DNA of 64,000 nucleotides, taken from positions 17,884-81,883 of the forward strand of contig JAPPBT010000046.1 of NCBI GenBank assembly GCA_026702745.1, given 5' to 3'. Made by a program: the position numbers and the translations under genes. Shown in pieces: positions 8,198 through 18,454 of this stretch; within the stretch, counting starts at the first letter, position 1, and the number at the start of each line of letters is the position of its first letter. The stretch comes from Gemmatimonadota bacterium (lineage in GTDB: Bacteria > JAAXHH01). The notes beneath the pieces are model-generated. The model did no database searches. It was not told the origin of the DNA and saw nothing but the letters and a program-made list of their open reading frames with translations.

Positions 8198-10021
8198 ATG
8201 TTTCCCAGAAACTTACGAGAAGGTTTGTGGCCACGGCTGCTCGTGTCCCATATCGCGCTGGCCACCATTCCGGTGCTGATCGTCGGACTGCTTCTGCTCG
8301 CGACGGCCCGCCGTTCGATCGAAGACACGGTGGCGGACGGCAACCTCGAGGTCGCACGCCGGGCGAGTAACGAAATCCGATTGTATATCGAACAGGCGCA
8401 GCGCGTGATCGATCTCGCCGCGGACAATATGGACATGATCGACGCGACGGACGCGGTATATCAGCAACTGATCGACAACCTGGTCATCCGGCAGGATTTC
8501 CTCAGCGAACTATCCGTGCTTGACCTGTCGGGGAGCGAGTGGCTGACCACGCGGCTCGAAGGGCCGTTGCAGGCACGCCCGGACCTGGTGCTTCCTGTGG
8601 AAGACGGCACTTCGGTCTCCCCGGTATTCATCGCGGACGACGGCCTGCCCGCGGTGACGATCACCGTGCCCGTACGGCGTCTCGACGAACACACGGGATA
8701 CCTCGCTGCGCGGGTAAGCCTGAAGGACATGTGGGACCTGGTGGACAACATACAACTGGGGGAGGGACAACGGGAGGGGTTCGGGAATGCCTACGTCGCG
8801 ACCGGAACCGGCCGCCTGATTGCCCATCCGGAACGGGAAAGGGTGTACCGCCAGGACGATTTGACCGGCTCTCCCGTCGGCACGGCGCTGGGTGAACAGC
8901 AAAGCGGCACGCTGGTCTACACCGGGGCGTCGGGGGAAATGGTCGCTGCCTTCGCGACCGTCGCGCCGATCGGGTGGAAGGTCGTCATCGAACAACCGGC
9001 GGACCGGGCCTTTGCCAGGTCCCGGGACATGATCCTGGGCATCAGCGTACTCATGGTGATCAGCGCGGCGGTCGCATCGCTGATCGGTATCCTCGTCGTC
9101 CGGAAAATCGTCCGACCGATCTACGAACTGGTGCGTGGCGCGCAGTTGTTCGCCCGGGGCAGGCTGACTCATACCATCGAAACACCGGGCCATGGCGAAC
9201 TGACGACCCTGGCCCGTGAGTTCAACCAGATGGCCCGCGAGCTGCTGGAGAAGGAACGCCGCCTGAAACAGGCCGAGCGGCTTGCGACGCTGAGCAAGTT
9301 CGCTACCATACTCTCCCACGAGATCCGGAATCCGCTCAATTCCATGATCATCAACCTCAGGATCCTCAAGCGGGACATGGAGAAGCAGAACGGCGACCTG
9401 GGTAACCGGGGCGGGCACTATGAGAAAGTGATTTCGGAAATCTGGCGTATCGACAGCCTCGTCGAGAACTTCCTGAATTACGCCCGCCCCCCCGAACTGG
9501 TGCCTTACCCCCACGACATCAACGAGGTGCTCGACGAAGTCGTCGCGACCCACCAGGGCACGGCACAGGAACGAGGCGTCCGCATCGTCACCCGGTACCG
9601 GGACGGCGCAATGCCGGTATCGGTCGATGTCAACCAGATCAAGCAGGTGTTTCTGAACATCATGCTGAACGCTTTCGATGCCATGGAGGCCGGAGGCACG
9701 CTTACGATCTCCACGGAGCGGGCGCCGCCCCTCAACCGCAGCGACCTGACCCTGGAAGGTTCGGGGGACAGCCCCCGGATCAACATAAAATTCGAAGATA
9801 CGGGAAGGGGTATTGATCCCGGCCGGCTGGATCGTATATTCGAAGTGTACTACACGTCCAAGTCGACCGGAACGGGCCTTGGCCTGCCCATCGCCCAGCA
9901 GATCGTGGAGAAACACGGGGGCGTGATCCTGGTCGAAAGCACGCCCGGCAAAGGAACGGCCTTCACGCTGACCCTGCCGGCGCTGGAAGCGGAAACAACC
10001 GGGTCTTCCGCCGGACAATAG
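8198..10021 (+). CDS. Sensor histidine kinase (TM - periplasmic dCache-like domain - TM - HAMP - HisKA - HATPase). An alternative TTG start at 8180 overlaps the SBP stop.
   Basis: The H-box is HEIRNPLNSM. G1/G2 boxes are present (GRGIDP, GTGLGL). Two transmembrane segments flank a periplasmic domain of about 240 aa. Confidence 0.8.
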   Translation: MFPRNLREGLWPRLLVSHIALATIPVLIVGLLLLATARRSIEDTVADGNLEVARRASNEIRLYIEQAQRVIDLAADNMDMIDATDAVYQQLIDNLVIRQDFLSELSVLDLSGSEWLTTRLEGPLQARPDLVLPVEDGTSVSPVFIADDGLPAVTITVPVRRLDEHTGYLAARVSLKDMWDLVDNIQLGEGQREGFGNAYVATGTGRLIAHPERERVYRQDDLTGSPVGTALGEQQSGTLVYTGASGEMVAAFATVAPIGWKVVIEQPADRAFARSRDMILGISVLMVISAAVASLIGILVVRKIVRPIYELVRGAQLFARGRLTHTIETPGHGELTTLAREFNQMARELLEKERRLKQAERLATLSKFATILSHEIRNPLNSMIINLRILKRDMEKQNGDLGNRGGHYEKVISEIWRIDSLVENFLNYARPPELVPYPHDINEVLDEVVATHQGTAQERGVRIVTRYRDGAMPVSVDVNQIKQVFLNIMLNAFDAMEAGGTLTISTERAPPLNRSDLTLEGSGDSPRINIKFEDTGRGIDPGRLDRIFEVYYTSKSTGTGLGLPIAQQIVEKHGGVILVESTPGKGTAFTLTLPALEAETTGSSAGQ

Positions 10022-10036
10022 GAACAGAGGTCACAC

Positions 10037-11386
10037 ATGGAACGCATCCTGATCGCGGAAGACGACCGGAACACCCGTGAAGGACTGGTCGAGCTGCTGT
10101 CGGGCGAGGGGTACGACGTCACGGGCGTGGCGGACGGGGAGCAGGCCTATGAGACGGCGCGGAACGGCCGTTTCGACGTCCTGCTCACGGATATGAAAAT
10201 GCCCCGGGTCAACGGCCTGAACCTGATCAAGCGCATGACCGGCACTTCGCCGGATACGAGTATCATCATGATGACGGCCTTCGCCACCGTGGAGACGGCC
10301 GTCAAGGCCATGCGCGACGGCGCTTTTACCTACCTGACCAAGCCGGTGAAGTTCGAGGAACTGCTCGCCACCATAGAAGGCGCGCTGCAGGAGAAGAAGA
10401 ACCGAAGGAGCATGGATGCTTCACCCAAACCGCCTTCCATCCCCGCCCCGGATATCATCGGCGAAAGCGCTCAGATCAAAGACATCTTCGACCGGGTGGA
10501 GAAGGTCGCCCGGGCCAATACGACGGTCCTGCTGCTCGGTGAAAGCGGTACGGGCAAGAGCCTGATCGCCCGGGCAATCCACGCCAGAAGCTACCGGAGG
10601 GAACATCCGTTCGTGGATGTAAGTTGCGCTTCCATTCCCGAAAGCCTCCTGGAAAGCGAACTTTTCGGGACCGAAAAGGGGGCGTATACCGGCGCGCTAA
10701 GCACGACGCGCAAGGGGTATTTCGAGCGGGCGGGCGGCGGGACGATCTTCCTGGACGAAATCGGCGAGATAAGCGGAGCCGTCCAGGTCAAGCTGCTGCG
10801 CGTGCTGCAGGAACGCCGGTTCGAACGACTCGGCGGCACGGAACCGCTGCATATCGACGTCCGGGTAATCGCGGCCACCAACCGCAATCTGGAGGACGCG
10901 GTAGCCGAGGGGCGCTACCGGCAGGACCTCTACTACCGGCTGAACGTCATACCCATCGTGGTGCCGCCTCTTCGCGAACACCGGGACGACATCCCGCCGC
11001 TCATCGACTACTTCATCCGGAAGTACACGCGGGAGAACGGACTAGGCGACAAGTACATCTCCGAAGAAGCCCTGGAGATCTGCACGAGGTACGACTGGCC
11101 CGGGAACATCCGGGAAGTGGAGAACGCCATCGAAAGCGCCGTCGTATTGAGCGACGGAGAACGCATCCTGCCGGAACATCTGCCCGGCTTTCCCCACGCG
11201 TCCACGCTAGAATCGGCCGCGGTCCCCGTCCAGGGTTCGCTCAAGGACTCCAGGGGAGAGGCCGAGAAACATCTCATCCAACAGGCGCTGCTGAAATCAG
11301 GCGGAAACCGGACGCGCGCGGCGGAGGCCCTCGGCGTCACGGTCAGGACCATTCAGTACAAAATCAAGAAATACGGCCTGCATTGA
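10037..11386 (+). CDS. Sigma54-dependent response regulator, NtrC family (REC - AAA+ sigma54-interaction - Fis-type HTH)
   Basis: The REC domain has D-D-K residues. The Walker A is GESGTGKS. GAYTGA is a variant of the GAFTGA motif. The C-terminal HTH reads RTRAAEALGVTVRTIQYKIKKYG. Confidence 0.85.
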   Translation: MERILIAEDDRNTREGLVELLSGEGYDVTGVADGEQAYETARNGRFDVLLTDMKMPRVNGLNLIKRMTGTSPDTSIIMMTAFATVETAVKAMRDGAFTYLTKPVKFEELLATIEGALQEKKNRRSMDASPKPPSIPAPDIIGESAQIKDIFDRVEKVARANTTVLLLGESGTGKSLIARAIHARSYRREHPFVDVSCASIPESLLESELFGTEKGAYTGALSTTRKGYFERAGGGTIFLDEIGEISGAVQVKLLRVLQERRFERLGGTEPLHIDVRVIAATNRNLEDAVAEGRYRQDLYYRLNVIPIVVPPLREHRDDIPPLIDYFIRKYTRENGLGDKYISEEALEICTRYDWPGNIREVENAIESAVVLSDGERILPEHLPGFPHASTLESAAVPVQGSLKDSRGEAEKHLIQQALLKSGGNRTRAAEALGVTVRTIQYKIKKYGLH

Positions 11387-11443
11387 CGGGTACAGGGAAG
11401 GTGCTGTTCCTGTCGACGAGTACGCGCCGTCATCTGGTACCGT

Positions 11444-12301
11444 ATGGAATCGAAAAACCGCCCCGTCTCCGTCGTGATTCCCACCTACAACCGGGAAGAC
11501 AGGCTGCCGTCGGCGATCCGGTCCGTCCTTGAGCAGACGGCGCCGCCGGCCGAGATCATCGTGGTCGACGACGGTTCGACGGACGGTACCCCCGCCCTCG
11601 TCCACGCTATGCCGGAAGTACGGTACCTTCGCCAGGAAAACCAGGGCGTGAGCGCGGCCAGGAATCACGGCATCCGCGCGGCGGAACACGACTGGATCGC
11701 CTTGCTCGATTCCGACGACGAATGGCTGCCCCGCAAGGTGGAAAGACAGTGGGACGCGCTGGAACGCGAGCCGCAGTTCAGGTTCTGCCATACTGATGAA
11801 ATCTGGATCCGCAGGGGCAGGCGGGTCAATCCCATGAAAAAGCACGCCAAGCACGGCGGACACATCTTCCAGCACTGCCTGCCCCTGTGTGTCATTTCTC
11901 CTTCCTCCGCGCTGATACATCGTGCGTTGTTTGAACGCTTCGGCATGTTCGACCCGGAACTGCCGGTCTGCGAAGACTACGATCTGTGGCTGCGCATCTG
12001 CGCGCGGGAACCGGTGCTTTACGTGGACGAACCCCTGCTGTTGAAGTTCGGCGGCCACGAGGACCAGTTGTCGCACGCGTACTGGGGCATGGACCGTTTC
12101 CGCATCCGCGCATTGGAGAAGCTGATTCACAGCGGCGCGCTGGAAGGCGAGGCCCTGACCGCCGCCCTGGATACCCTGTACCGGAAAATCGACGTATACG
12201 CCGCCGGCGCGGAGAAGCGGCGCAGGTTCGAGGAAGCCGATCGCTACCGGGACAAGAAACGGCGTTTCGAGGCCAGCTACGCCGGTTCTGCGGGCGGCTG
12301 A
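11444..12301 (+). CDS. Family 2 glycosyltransferase
   Basis: VSVVIPTYNRED...VVDDGSTDGT...DSDDEW are the GT-A fold DXD-type motifs. Confidence 0.75.
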   Translation: MESKNRPVSVVIPTYNREDRLPSAIRSVLEQTAPPAEIIVVDDGSTDGTPALVHAMPEVRYLRQENQGVSAARNHGIRAAEHDWIALLDSDDEWLPRKVERQWDALEREPQFRFCHTDEIWIRRGRRVNPMKKHAKHGGHIFQHCLPLCVISPSSALIHRALFERFGMFDPELPVCEDYDLWLRICAREPVLYVDEPLLLKFGGHEDQLSHAYWGMDRFRIRALEKLIHSGALEGEALTAALDTLYRKIDVYAAGAEKRRRFEEADRYRDKKRRFEASYAGSAGG

Positions 12302-12448
12302 GCCTATGCAAATCCTTTCACATCGTTCCGAAGGGGTTTTCCGGTTCGCACCCGCGTTACGCACAGATTCTCCGCTTTCCGAGCGGTTTGAACCCGAAAT
12401 TCCACGTTTTTAAACGTTTCCGGCAGAAAATGCGTGCGGTAAACGCCT

Positions 12449-12466
12449 GTCGGCATGTTATTTGCG
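12449..12466 (+). promoter_or_regulatory. Candidate sigma54 (-24/-12) promoter about 50 nt upstream of the TonB-dependent receptor
   Basis: cGGCAT-gttat-TTGCg matches the TGGCAC-N5-TTGCW consensus with exact GG-N10-GC spacing. Just upstream are an AT-rich tract (TTTTTAAACGTTT) and small palindromes, consistent with IHF and enhancer sites. An NtrC-family regulator is encoded immediately upstream. Confidence 0.4.
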
Positions 12467-12516
12467 GCCTGTTAATGATGGATGATTGTATCCAACTTGA
12501 GAGAAACTGGAGGCCT

Positions 12517-15138
12517 ATGAAGCGCATTGCTTTGCTGATCGTTTTTTTATGCGGACTCGTCCCGGGTTCCGCCCTGGCCGTCACCTCCGGCAAGGTCACG
12601 GGGTTTGTGCGGGACGCGGCGACCGGTGATCCACTGGCCGGCGTCACGATTCGCGTCGAGGGCACCGATTCACGGGCCATTTCCGGCTTGAACGGGGAGT
12701 ATTTCATCCTCAATGTTCCCGTGGGCGCGTACCGGCTCGCAGTGCAGATGATCGGCTACCTGCCCGTCCGTACCCAGGTGCTGACCATAAACAGCGACCG
12801 CACCACGCGGATCGATTTCGAGCTGGAAACGACGATGCTCGACCTGGCCGAGCCCGTTACCATTACCGCGCGGAGGACTTCCGTTCGGTCGGACCTGACC
12901 GCTTCGAGCGAATTGATCGTCCCCCGGGAAATCGAGTCATTGCCCGTAACGGATTTGTCGGACCTGATCTTTCTCCAGAACGGGGTGGTCCGCGACGCCG
13001 AGGGCGGCCTGCACGTACGGGGCGGCCGGGCGAACGAGATCTCCTACTACGTGGACGGCGCCACCCTGGAGGACCCCCTGCTGGGCGGCATGGGTACACA
13101 TATACCCCTGGCTTCGGTCGAGGAACTGGTGGTCAACCGGGGCGGCTTCAACGCGCAGTACGGGGAGGCCATGTCGGGCGTCGTCAATATCGTGACCCGC
13201 GAGGGGAGCGGTCCCCTGTCGGGCACCTTCAGGGTCGCGACGACGCTGCAGTCCCAGTATGACCTGGAGGCGGGAAGTTACGACGAAACCGCGGCGGGCC
13301 GGGGAGGTCGCCTGGAGGGGACGCTCAGTGGCGCGCTGCCCTGGTTCGGGAACCGTGGCGGCTATTTCCTTTCGGGCCAGGTCCTGAGCGACGGGCACCA
13401 TATCCCCCACAACAGCCGTTCGCTGGCCACGGTGGCGGGAAACCTGGTGTTCAAGCCCTATCCCCTCATGAAGCTGAAGATCAGCGGTCACTACTTCCGT
13501 CAGCGCCATTTCCAGTATGACCATCGCAATCAGAACGGGCTTTCCTACGATTTCAATCCGGACGGACTTCCGGAAAGACAGGCCGGCAGCCAGGCGCTCA
13601 ACCTGTCGGTCAGCCAGAACATCAGTCCGCGACTCTTCTATACCGCGCGGTTTTACAGGTATGCCACCAACAGCATCCTGTTTCCCACCATGCTGGCGGA
13701 CAGATATTGGTCGGAGTGGCCGGGCTATTCGGTGGACGATCATGGTCAATACAACGGATCGATCTACGAGTCCACCCAGTTGCCGTCCGATCGATACGAG
13801 GGACTGCCGTTCACGGAAGGCAACGACTTCTTCCCGCTGTACCGGGACGCCCGGGCAACCTATTACGGCGTAAGAGCGGACCTGAGCGGGCAGGCTACCT
13901 ACTGGAACCAGGTCCGGGCGGGCGTCGAAGCGCAGTGGTACCGGCTGGACTGGAACGAGCGGTCGTTCCTGCAGGCCGTACCGCAGGGGCAGAGGTACAT
14001 CGTCAATCCCGTGGAAGGCGCCCTGTACTTTCAGAACAGGGTGGAGTTGAACCGGTTGATCGTGGACGCCGGGCTTCGAATGGATTACCTGGACACGAGC
14101 CAGCGGTTTTTCGTCGATCTTCCCTCGGGCCAGGCCGCGCAACGGGACAACTCGACCAAGTTAAGGCTGAGCCCTCGTCTGGGCGTTTCCCACTCCTTCA
14201 CGCTGCGAAGCCTGCTCCGGTTCAACTACGGCTACTTCTACCAGCCGCCGGAGTTCCGGCATGCCTATACGAACCTGCGGCGCGACTTCAGCGGCGAATC
14301 CCCGCGTCTGGGGAATCCCGATCTGTCCCCGCAGAAGACCGTGGCCTATGAGTTCGGCCTGGAGCATATGCTGTCCGAAGACGTCCGCGTCGGGTTCACG
14401 GCATCCTACAAGACCATCTCCAACCTGACGTCGACAGCGCAGGTCCAGTATCCTGGTGGGATGTACTACATCTTCAACAATGCGGACTTCGGTTCTGTGC
14501 GCAGCGTGGAACTGATCGTGAAACGGGACGTGTCGCGCGTTGTTTCCGGTTCCTTCAACTACACCTATTCCATCGCCCGCGGAAGCGCGTCCACGCCCCA
14601 GGAGCACGCGGAGCAGGCCAGGCCGACCGGCTCCACAGATTCCGCGGAAAGAGGCTATTTCCCGCTCGCCTTCGACCAGCGGCACACCCTGAAAGCCGTG
14701 GTGAACGTGCTCGCGCCCGAAACGCTGGAGAAACGCATACTGGGCGTACCGCTGCGGGGATGGGGGATGTCCCTGGTCGGTTACTTCGGCAGCGGCCTGC
14801 CCTACACGCCGACCAACGCCCTGCGTGAACGGACGGAAATCGAACGGAATCAGGCGCGGTTGCCGGCCTTCGCCAACCTCGACCTGCGTCTCAGGAAGCG
14901 CTTCAGGGCCGGCCGGTTATCGTACACGTTGTTCTCCGAAGTCCGTAACGTGTTCGACCGCCGGAACGTCGTCAGCGTCTACGCCAACACGGGCCGTCCG
15001 GGAGACGACGGATATACCCTGGAGTCGTTTACGGGCCGGTCGGAGGAGTTCGTCCGGCTAAGGCGCCTGTTGAGCCTCGATCCTCAGCAGTACGCCCCAC
15101 CCCGGGAGATCCGGCTCGGTTTCGAAATCGGCTTCTGA
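12517..15138 (+). CDS. TonB-dependent outer-membrane receptor with an N-terminal carboxypeptidase-regulatory-like domain (SusC-like architecture). No SusD partner follows.
   Basis: Signal peptide MKRIALLIVFLCGLVPGSALA. The N-terminal domain reads GKVTGFVRDAATGDPLAGVTIRVEG. A plug and barrel follow, ending in the C-terminal motif FEIGF. GGAGG sits 6 nt upstream of the ATG. The track ORF starting at 11986 is over-extended. Confidence 0.8.
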   Translation: MKRIALLIVFLCGLVPGSALAVTSGKVTGFVRDAATGDPLAGVTIRVEGTDSRAISGLNGEYFILNVPVGAYRLAVQMIGYLPVRTQVLTINSDRTTRIDFELETTMLDLAEPVTITARRTSVRSDLTASSELIVPREIESLPVTDLSDLIFLQNGVVRDAEGGLHVRGGRANEISYYVDGATLEDPLLGGMGTHIPLASVEELVVNRGGFNAQYGEAMSGVVNIVTREGSGPLSGTFRVATTLQSQYDLEAGSYDETAAGRGGRLEGTLSGALPWFGNRGGYFLSGQVLSDGHHIPHNSRSLATVAGNLVFKPYPLMKLKISGHYFRQRHFQYDHRNQNGLSYDFNPDGLPERQAGSQALNLSVSQNISPRLFYTARFYRYATNSILFPTMLADRYWSEWPGYSVDDHGQYNGSIYESTQLPSDRYEGLPFTEGNDFFPLYRDARATYYGVRADLSGQATYWNQVRAGVEAQWYRLDWNERSFLQAVPQGQRYIVNPVEGALYFQNRVELNRLIVDAGLRMDYLDTSQRFFVDLPSGQAAQRDNSTKLRLSPRLGVSHSFTLRSLLRFNYGYFYQPPEFRHAYTNLRRDFSGESPRLGNPDLSPQKTVAYEFGLEHMLSEDVRVGFTASYKTISNLTSTAQVQYPGGMYYIFNNADFGSVRSVELIVKRDVSRVVSGSFNYTYSIARGSASTPQEHAEQARPTGSTDSAERGYFPLAFDQRHTLKAVVNVLAPETLEKRILGVPLRGWGMSLVGYFGSGLPYTPTNALRERTEIERNQARLPAFANLDLRLRKRFRAGRLSYTLFSEVRNVFDRRNVVSVYANTGRPGDDGYTLESFTGRSEEFVRLRRLLSLDPQQYAPPREIRLGFEIGF

Positions 15139-15148
15139 AGTCTCGATC

Positions 15149-15550
15149 TCAGAGCGGTTTCGCCCGCTGTACCAGTTGCAGCGGCGCGCCTTCCGGATCG
15201 CGGAAGAAGAGCAGGATGTTCTCCCCGGCCCGGGTCGGCGGACCTTCCAGCATTACCCCCTTCGATTTCAGCACGGCAACCGCTTCGTCCATGTCATCCA
15301 CGTTGAAGGCGATATGCACGTGGGAGGTCCGGATATCGGAGAGTTGCGTGTCATCTCCATCGGGCATGGAAATGATCTCGATGAAACAGGTGCCGGCGGG
15401 ATCCCGGACGAAGTAGAAGTTCGCGTCGTTCCCCGGGTTGTTGAACTTGAGCGCGATTTCGAATCCCAGCACGTCGCAGTACCACTTCGCCGCGGCGTCC
15501 GTGTCCCGGTAGGCCACGGCTACATGCTCCAGTGAACGTATCTTTACCAA
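15149..15550 (-). CDS. VOC/glyoxalase-bleomycin-resistance-dioxygenase family protein (TTG start with AGGAG ribosome-binding site)
   Basis: 133 aa with paired beta-alpha-beta-beta-beta modules (HVAVAY...HIAFNVDDMDEA). Confidence 0.65.
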   Translation of the reverse strand: MVKIRSLEHVAVAYRDTDAAAKWYCDVLGFEIALKFNNPGNDANFYFVRDPAGTCFIEIISMPDGDDTQLSDIRTSHVHIAFNVDDMDEAVAVLKSKGVMLEGPPTRAGENILLFFRDPEGAPLQLVQRAKPL

Positions 15551-15568
15551 GGAAAAGCTCCTTCCGGT

Positions 15569-17671
15569 TCAGGAGTGATCTGTAACCTGCCGCAATCTCA
15601 GCGTACCCGACCACGGGTCGATTGCGACGGGCGTCAACACGAGTTCTACACCCGGTGAAGGCCTGCCCTCCACCTTGACCGCCATCCGCGTTCCGAAATC
15701 CGGAAACTCGACCAGGATGTTCCGTTCCCGCGTCTCGAGGACGATCGCCCGGATATGCACGTCTTTCTGTTGCTCGAGGAGTTTGAGCAGCCAGTACCAT
15801 TCCCGCCTGGCCTGGATCTTGTTCAGTATCCTGCTGCGTTCGAGGGCGGACAGTTCATCCATCATTTCGTCGGCGTCGTAGGACGGGGACCCTTCCGCCA
15901 GGGCCGCCCGCAGCTGCCGCTGGAGGACCAGGTCGGCATAACGCCGGATCGGCGACGTGATCTGGCAGTAGGTGTCTACCCCCAGCGTGGCGTGCGGACC
16001 GGACTTCAGGCTGAGTTCGAGGGGCTTCATTTTTCTCAGAACCAGGAAGCGCCAGACCGCGTCGTGCTCCGCCTGCTCCAGGTCGCCCAGGTCGGTCTCG
16101 GCCTGGGTACGATAAACCGCGGGTATGTCTCGGCTGGACAGATAGGCCGCGGCGGTCCGGTTGGCGAGGATCATCAGTTCCGACACGATGTGTTCGGACC
16201 GGGTGGAAGTGTCCCGGCGCACAATCCGGATACGTTTCTCTCCGTCTACCTTGATCGAGATTTCGCTGCGCTCCAGGTCGACCGCGCCCTGGTCGATGCG
16301 ACGCTGGTAGAATACGTCCACCGCCTGGTTCAGGATCTGCAGCACTTCTGCGTACGGTTGCTCAGTCGTCCCCAGCAACCGGTTGGCTTCGTCGTAGGAC
16401 AGCCTTGCCCGATTGACGATCAGGGTCGGCTTGATCCGGGAATCCAGCAGATCGAAGTCCGATGACAACGTGAAAAAGAAACTGATTGCGCAGCGTTTTT
16501 CGCCCTCGAGCAGCGCACAGTGGTCCTGGGAGAGACTGGCGGGCAGCATGGGTATGTGCCGATCCGGCAGGTAGAGGGACGACATCCGCTCCCGTGCCGC
16601 GAGGTCCAGGACCGAATCGCGGGGAACGAGGTCCGCCACGTCGGTAATATGCACGCCGATCCGGTAGCCGTCCTCGGTCCGTTCCGCGGAGAGGGCATCG
16701 TCTATATCCTGCGTGGACGCATCGTCTATCGACAGGATCGGCAATCCGGTCAGGTCTTCCCGGCCGGACTCGGAGGACCGGCAGGCCGCGGCATAGTCGA
16801 GCACCTCGTTGGAAAACTCGGTCGGTATCTCGTAACGCAGCAGATCGAGGTTTTCGTCTTCGTCCCAGTACCCCTTGCGCACCATGACATCGAAAACGGA
16901 CCGCTGTGGATCGCCGCCCGCCAGGGTGGGCAGTTCCTTCAGCAGGATCCGCACCTGCTCGATCGCGTCGCATTCGTCGCCCTGAACGACGTACTCCCGG
17001 AGATGGGACAGCCAGCGTTTCTGGCGGTTCGTCAATGATTGGAGATCCTGTTGGTTTACGTCCGCGAGCCAGCGGTCGAAACCTTCCCGCTCGGCGTCCA
17101 CGGCGCGCTGGCGGGCCTCCTTGTCCAGGATGCTACTGACCTGGTCGGACGTGCGGGACGTGAAGCCGTTGTCCCGCGCGCAGAAGTACAGGCACTGGCG
17201 GCTCAGGTGCAGCTGCATGGCCGCCCGTTGTTCGGGCGACCCAGGTTCGCCCCAGTACAGTTCACCGATATCTTCCGCGGTGAAAACGGTGGGATCGTCC
17301 TTGAGGATCTCCCAGACCTCTTCAAGGTCGAAGGAAAGGGCCTGGTCCTCGATTTGTCGCCGGACGGCCAGCATTTCCGGCAGGTCGCGGACCCGGATAT
17401 CGGTATACCGTACGATGGGATCCGTCGAGAGGTCCATGACCCGGTTGGCGGAGGTCGCCACCTTGAGTTTCTTCCGGGAAACCGCCTGCAGCATGCCGAT
17501 CTGGATCTCCCCGTGATGACGGAAGATGATCAGGTCGCCGATATGCACGGAGCGCTCGTTTCTATCGGATTCAAGCCGTTTGAACACGCGTGTTTTCATG
17601 CATTTATCCTGCGTCAGGGGCGGGTCGAAGTCAAGCGAATTCACGGGCGGTGGGTAACCGGTTGACTTCAT
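15569..17671 (-). CDS. RNase II/R-family 3'-5' exoribonuclease
   Basis: The RNB domain contains DIDDALSAERTEDGYRIGVHITDV. There is a C-terminal S1-like region. 700 aa. Confidence 0.8.
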   Translation of the reverse strand: MKSTGYPPPVNSLDFDPPLTQDKCMKTRVFKRLESDRNERSVHIGDLIIFRHHGEIQIGMLQAVSRKKLKVATSANRVMDLSTDPIVRYTDIRVRDLPEMLAVRRQIEDQALSFDLEEVWEILKDDPTVFTAEDIGELYWGEPGSPEQRAAMQLHLSRQCLYFCARDNGFTSRTSDQVSSILDKEARQRAVDAEREGFDRWLADVNQQDLQSLTNRQKRWLSHLREYVVQGDECDAIEQVRILLKELPTLAGGDPQRSVFDVMVRKGYWDEDENLDLLRYEIPTEFSNEVLDYAAACRSSESGREDLTGLPILSIDDASTQDIDDALSAERTEDGYRIGVHITDVADLVPRDSVLDLAARERMSSLYLPDRHIPMLPASLSQDHCALLEGEKRCAISFFFTLSSDFDLLDSRIKPTLIVNRARLSYDEANRLLGTTEQPYAEVLQILNQAVDVFYQRRIDQGAVDLERSEISIKVDGEKRIRIVRRDTSTRSEHIVSELMILANRTAAAYLSSRDIPAVYRTQAETDLGDLEQAEHDAVWRFLVLRKMKPLELSLKSGPHATLGVDTYCQITSPIRRYADLVLQRQLRAALAEGSPSYDADEMMDELSALERSRILNKIQARREWYWLLKLLEQQKDVHIRAIVLETRERNILVEFPDFGTRMAVKVEGRPSPGVELVLTPVAIDPWSGTLRLRQVTDHS

Positions 17672-17784
17672 CCCGCCGATGGGATATCATGCGGGAAACC
17701 GAGTTGCGACGGCTCGGGGCACAGGCGATACACAAGGGACCGTGACGACATTCAGGGGAGAAGGTCGATTCGAGAGGAACGAGG

Positions 17785-18423
17785 ATGATATTCGAACAGA
17801 TTGAAAACGGGGGCGACCGGAACTTCGGTTACCTGGTGGCCGACGAGAAAACCAGGAAGGCGGCGGCGGTGGACCCCTCCTACCGGCCCGAATACTACAT
17901 ACGACGCGCGGGTGAACTGGACGTGGAACTGGCCTGCATCATCTGCACCCATTCCCACCATGACCACGTAAACGGCAACGACCATCTGATCGAGGAACTG
18001 GGCCTCGACGTGGTGATGTACCGGGATGCGGAGTATTTCTACGATATCGAAGTGAAGGATGGGGAGATCTTCAGACTGGGTGAACTCGAACTGGCCGTGA
18101 TCCACACGCCCGGCCACTGCGAGGACGGCATGTGTCTCCTCGTGGAAGACAAGCTGATTACCGGGGATACGCTCTTCGTGGGCAAGGTGGGCGGCACGGC
18201 CACCGAAGAGGAAGCGCGGAAGGAATACGACAGCCTGCGGCGCCTGATGGAACTGGACGACGGGATCGGGGTCTACCCCGGCCATGACTTCGGTGTAAAT
18301 CCTACTTCGACCATCGGTTACGAGAGAAACAACAATCCTTTTATCCTGCAGCCCACCTTCGCGGATTTCCTGCATCTCAAGGAAAACTGGCTCGCCTACA
18401 AGCAGCAGCATAACATCCCGTAG
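17785..18423 (+). CDS. MBL-fold metallo-hydrolase (glyoxalase II-like)
   Basis: The metal-binding motif is HSHHDH. 212 aa. GAGGAACGAGG ribosome-binding site. Confidence 0.7.
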   Translation: MIFEQIENGGDRNFGYLVADEKTRKAAAVDPSYRPEYYIRRAGELDVELACIICTHSHHDHVNGNDHLIEELGLDVVMYRDAEYFYDIEVKDGEIFRLGELELAVIHTPGHCEDGMCLLVEDKLITGDTLFVGKVGGTATEEEARKEYDSLRRLMELDDGIGVYPGHDFGVNPTSTIGYERNNNPFILQPTFADFLHLKENWLAYKQQHNIP

Positions 18424-18454
18424 ATCACCGCGAAAACCGCATTGACCCTCTGTC

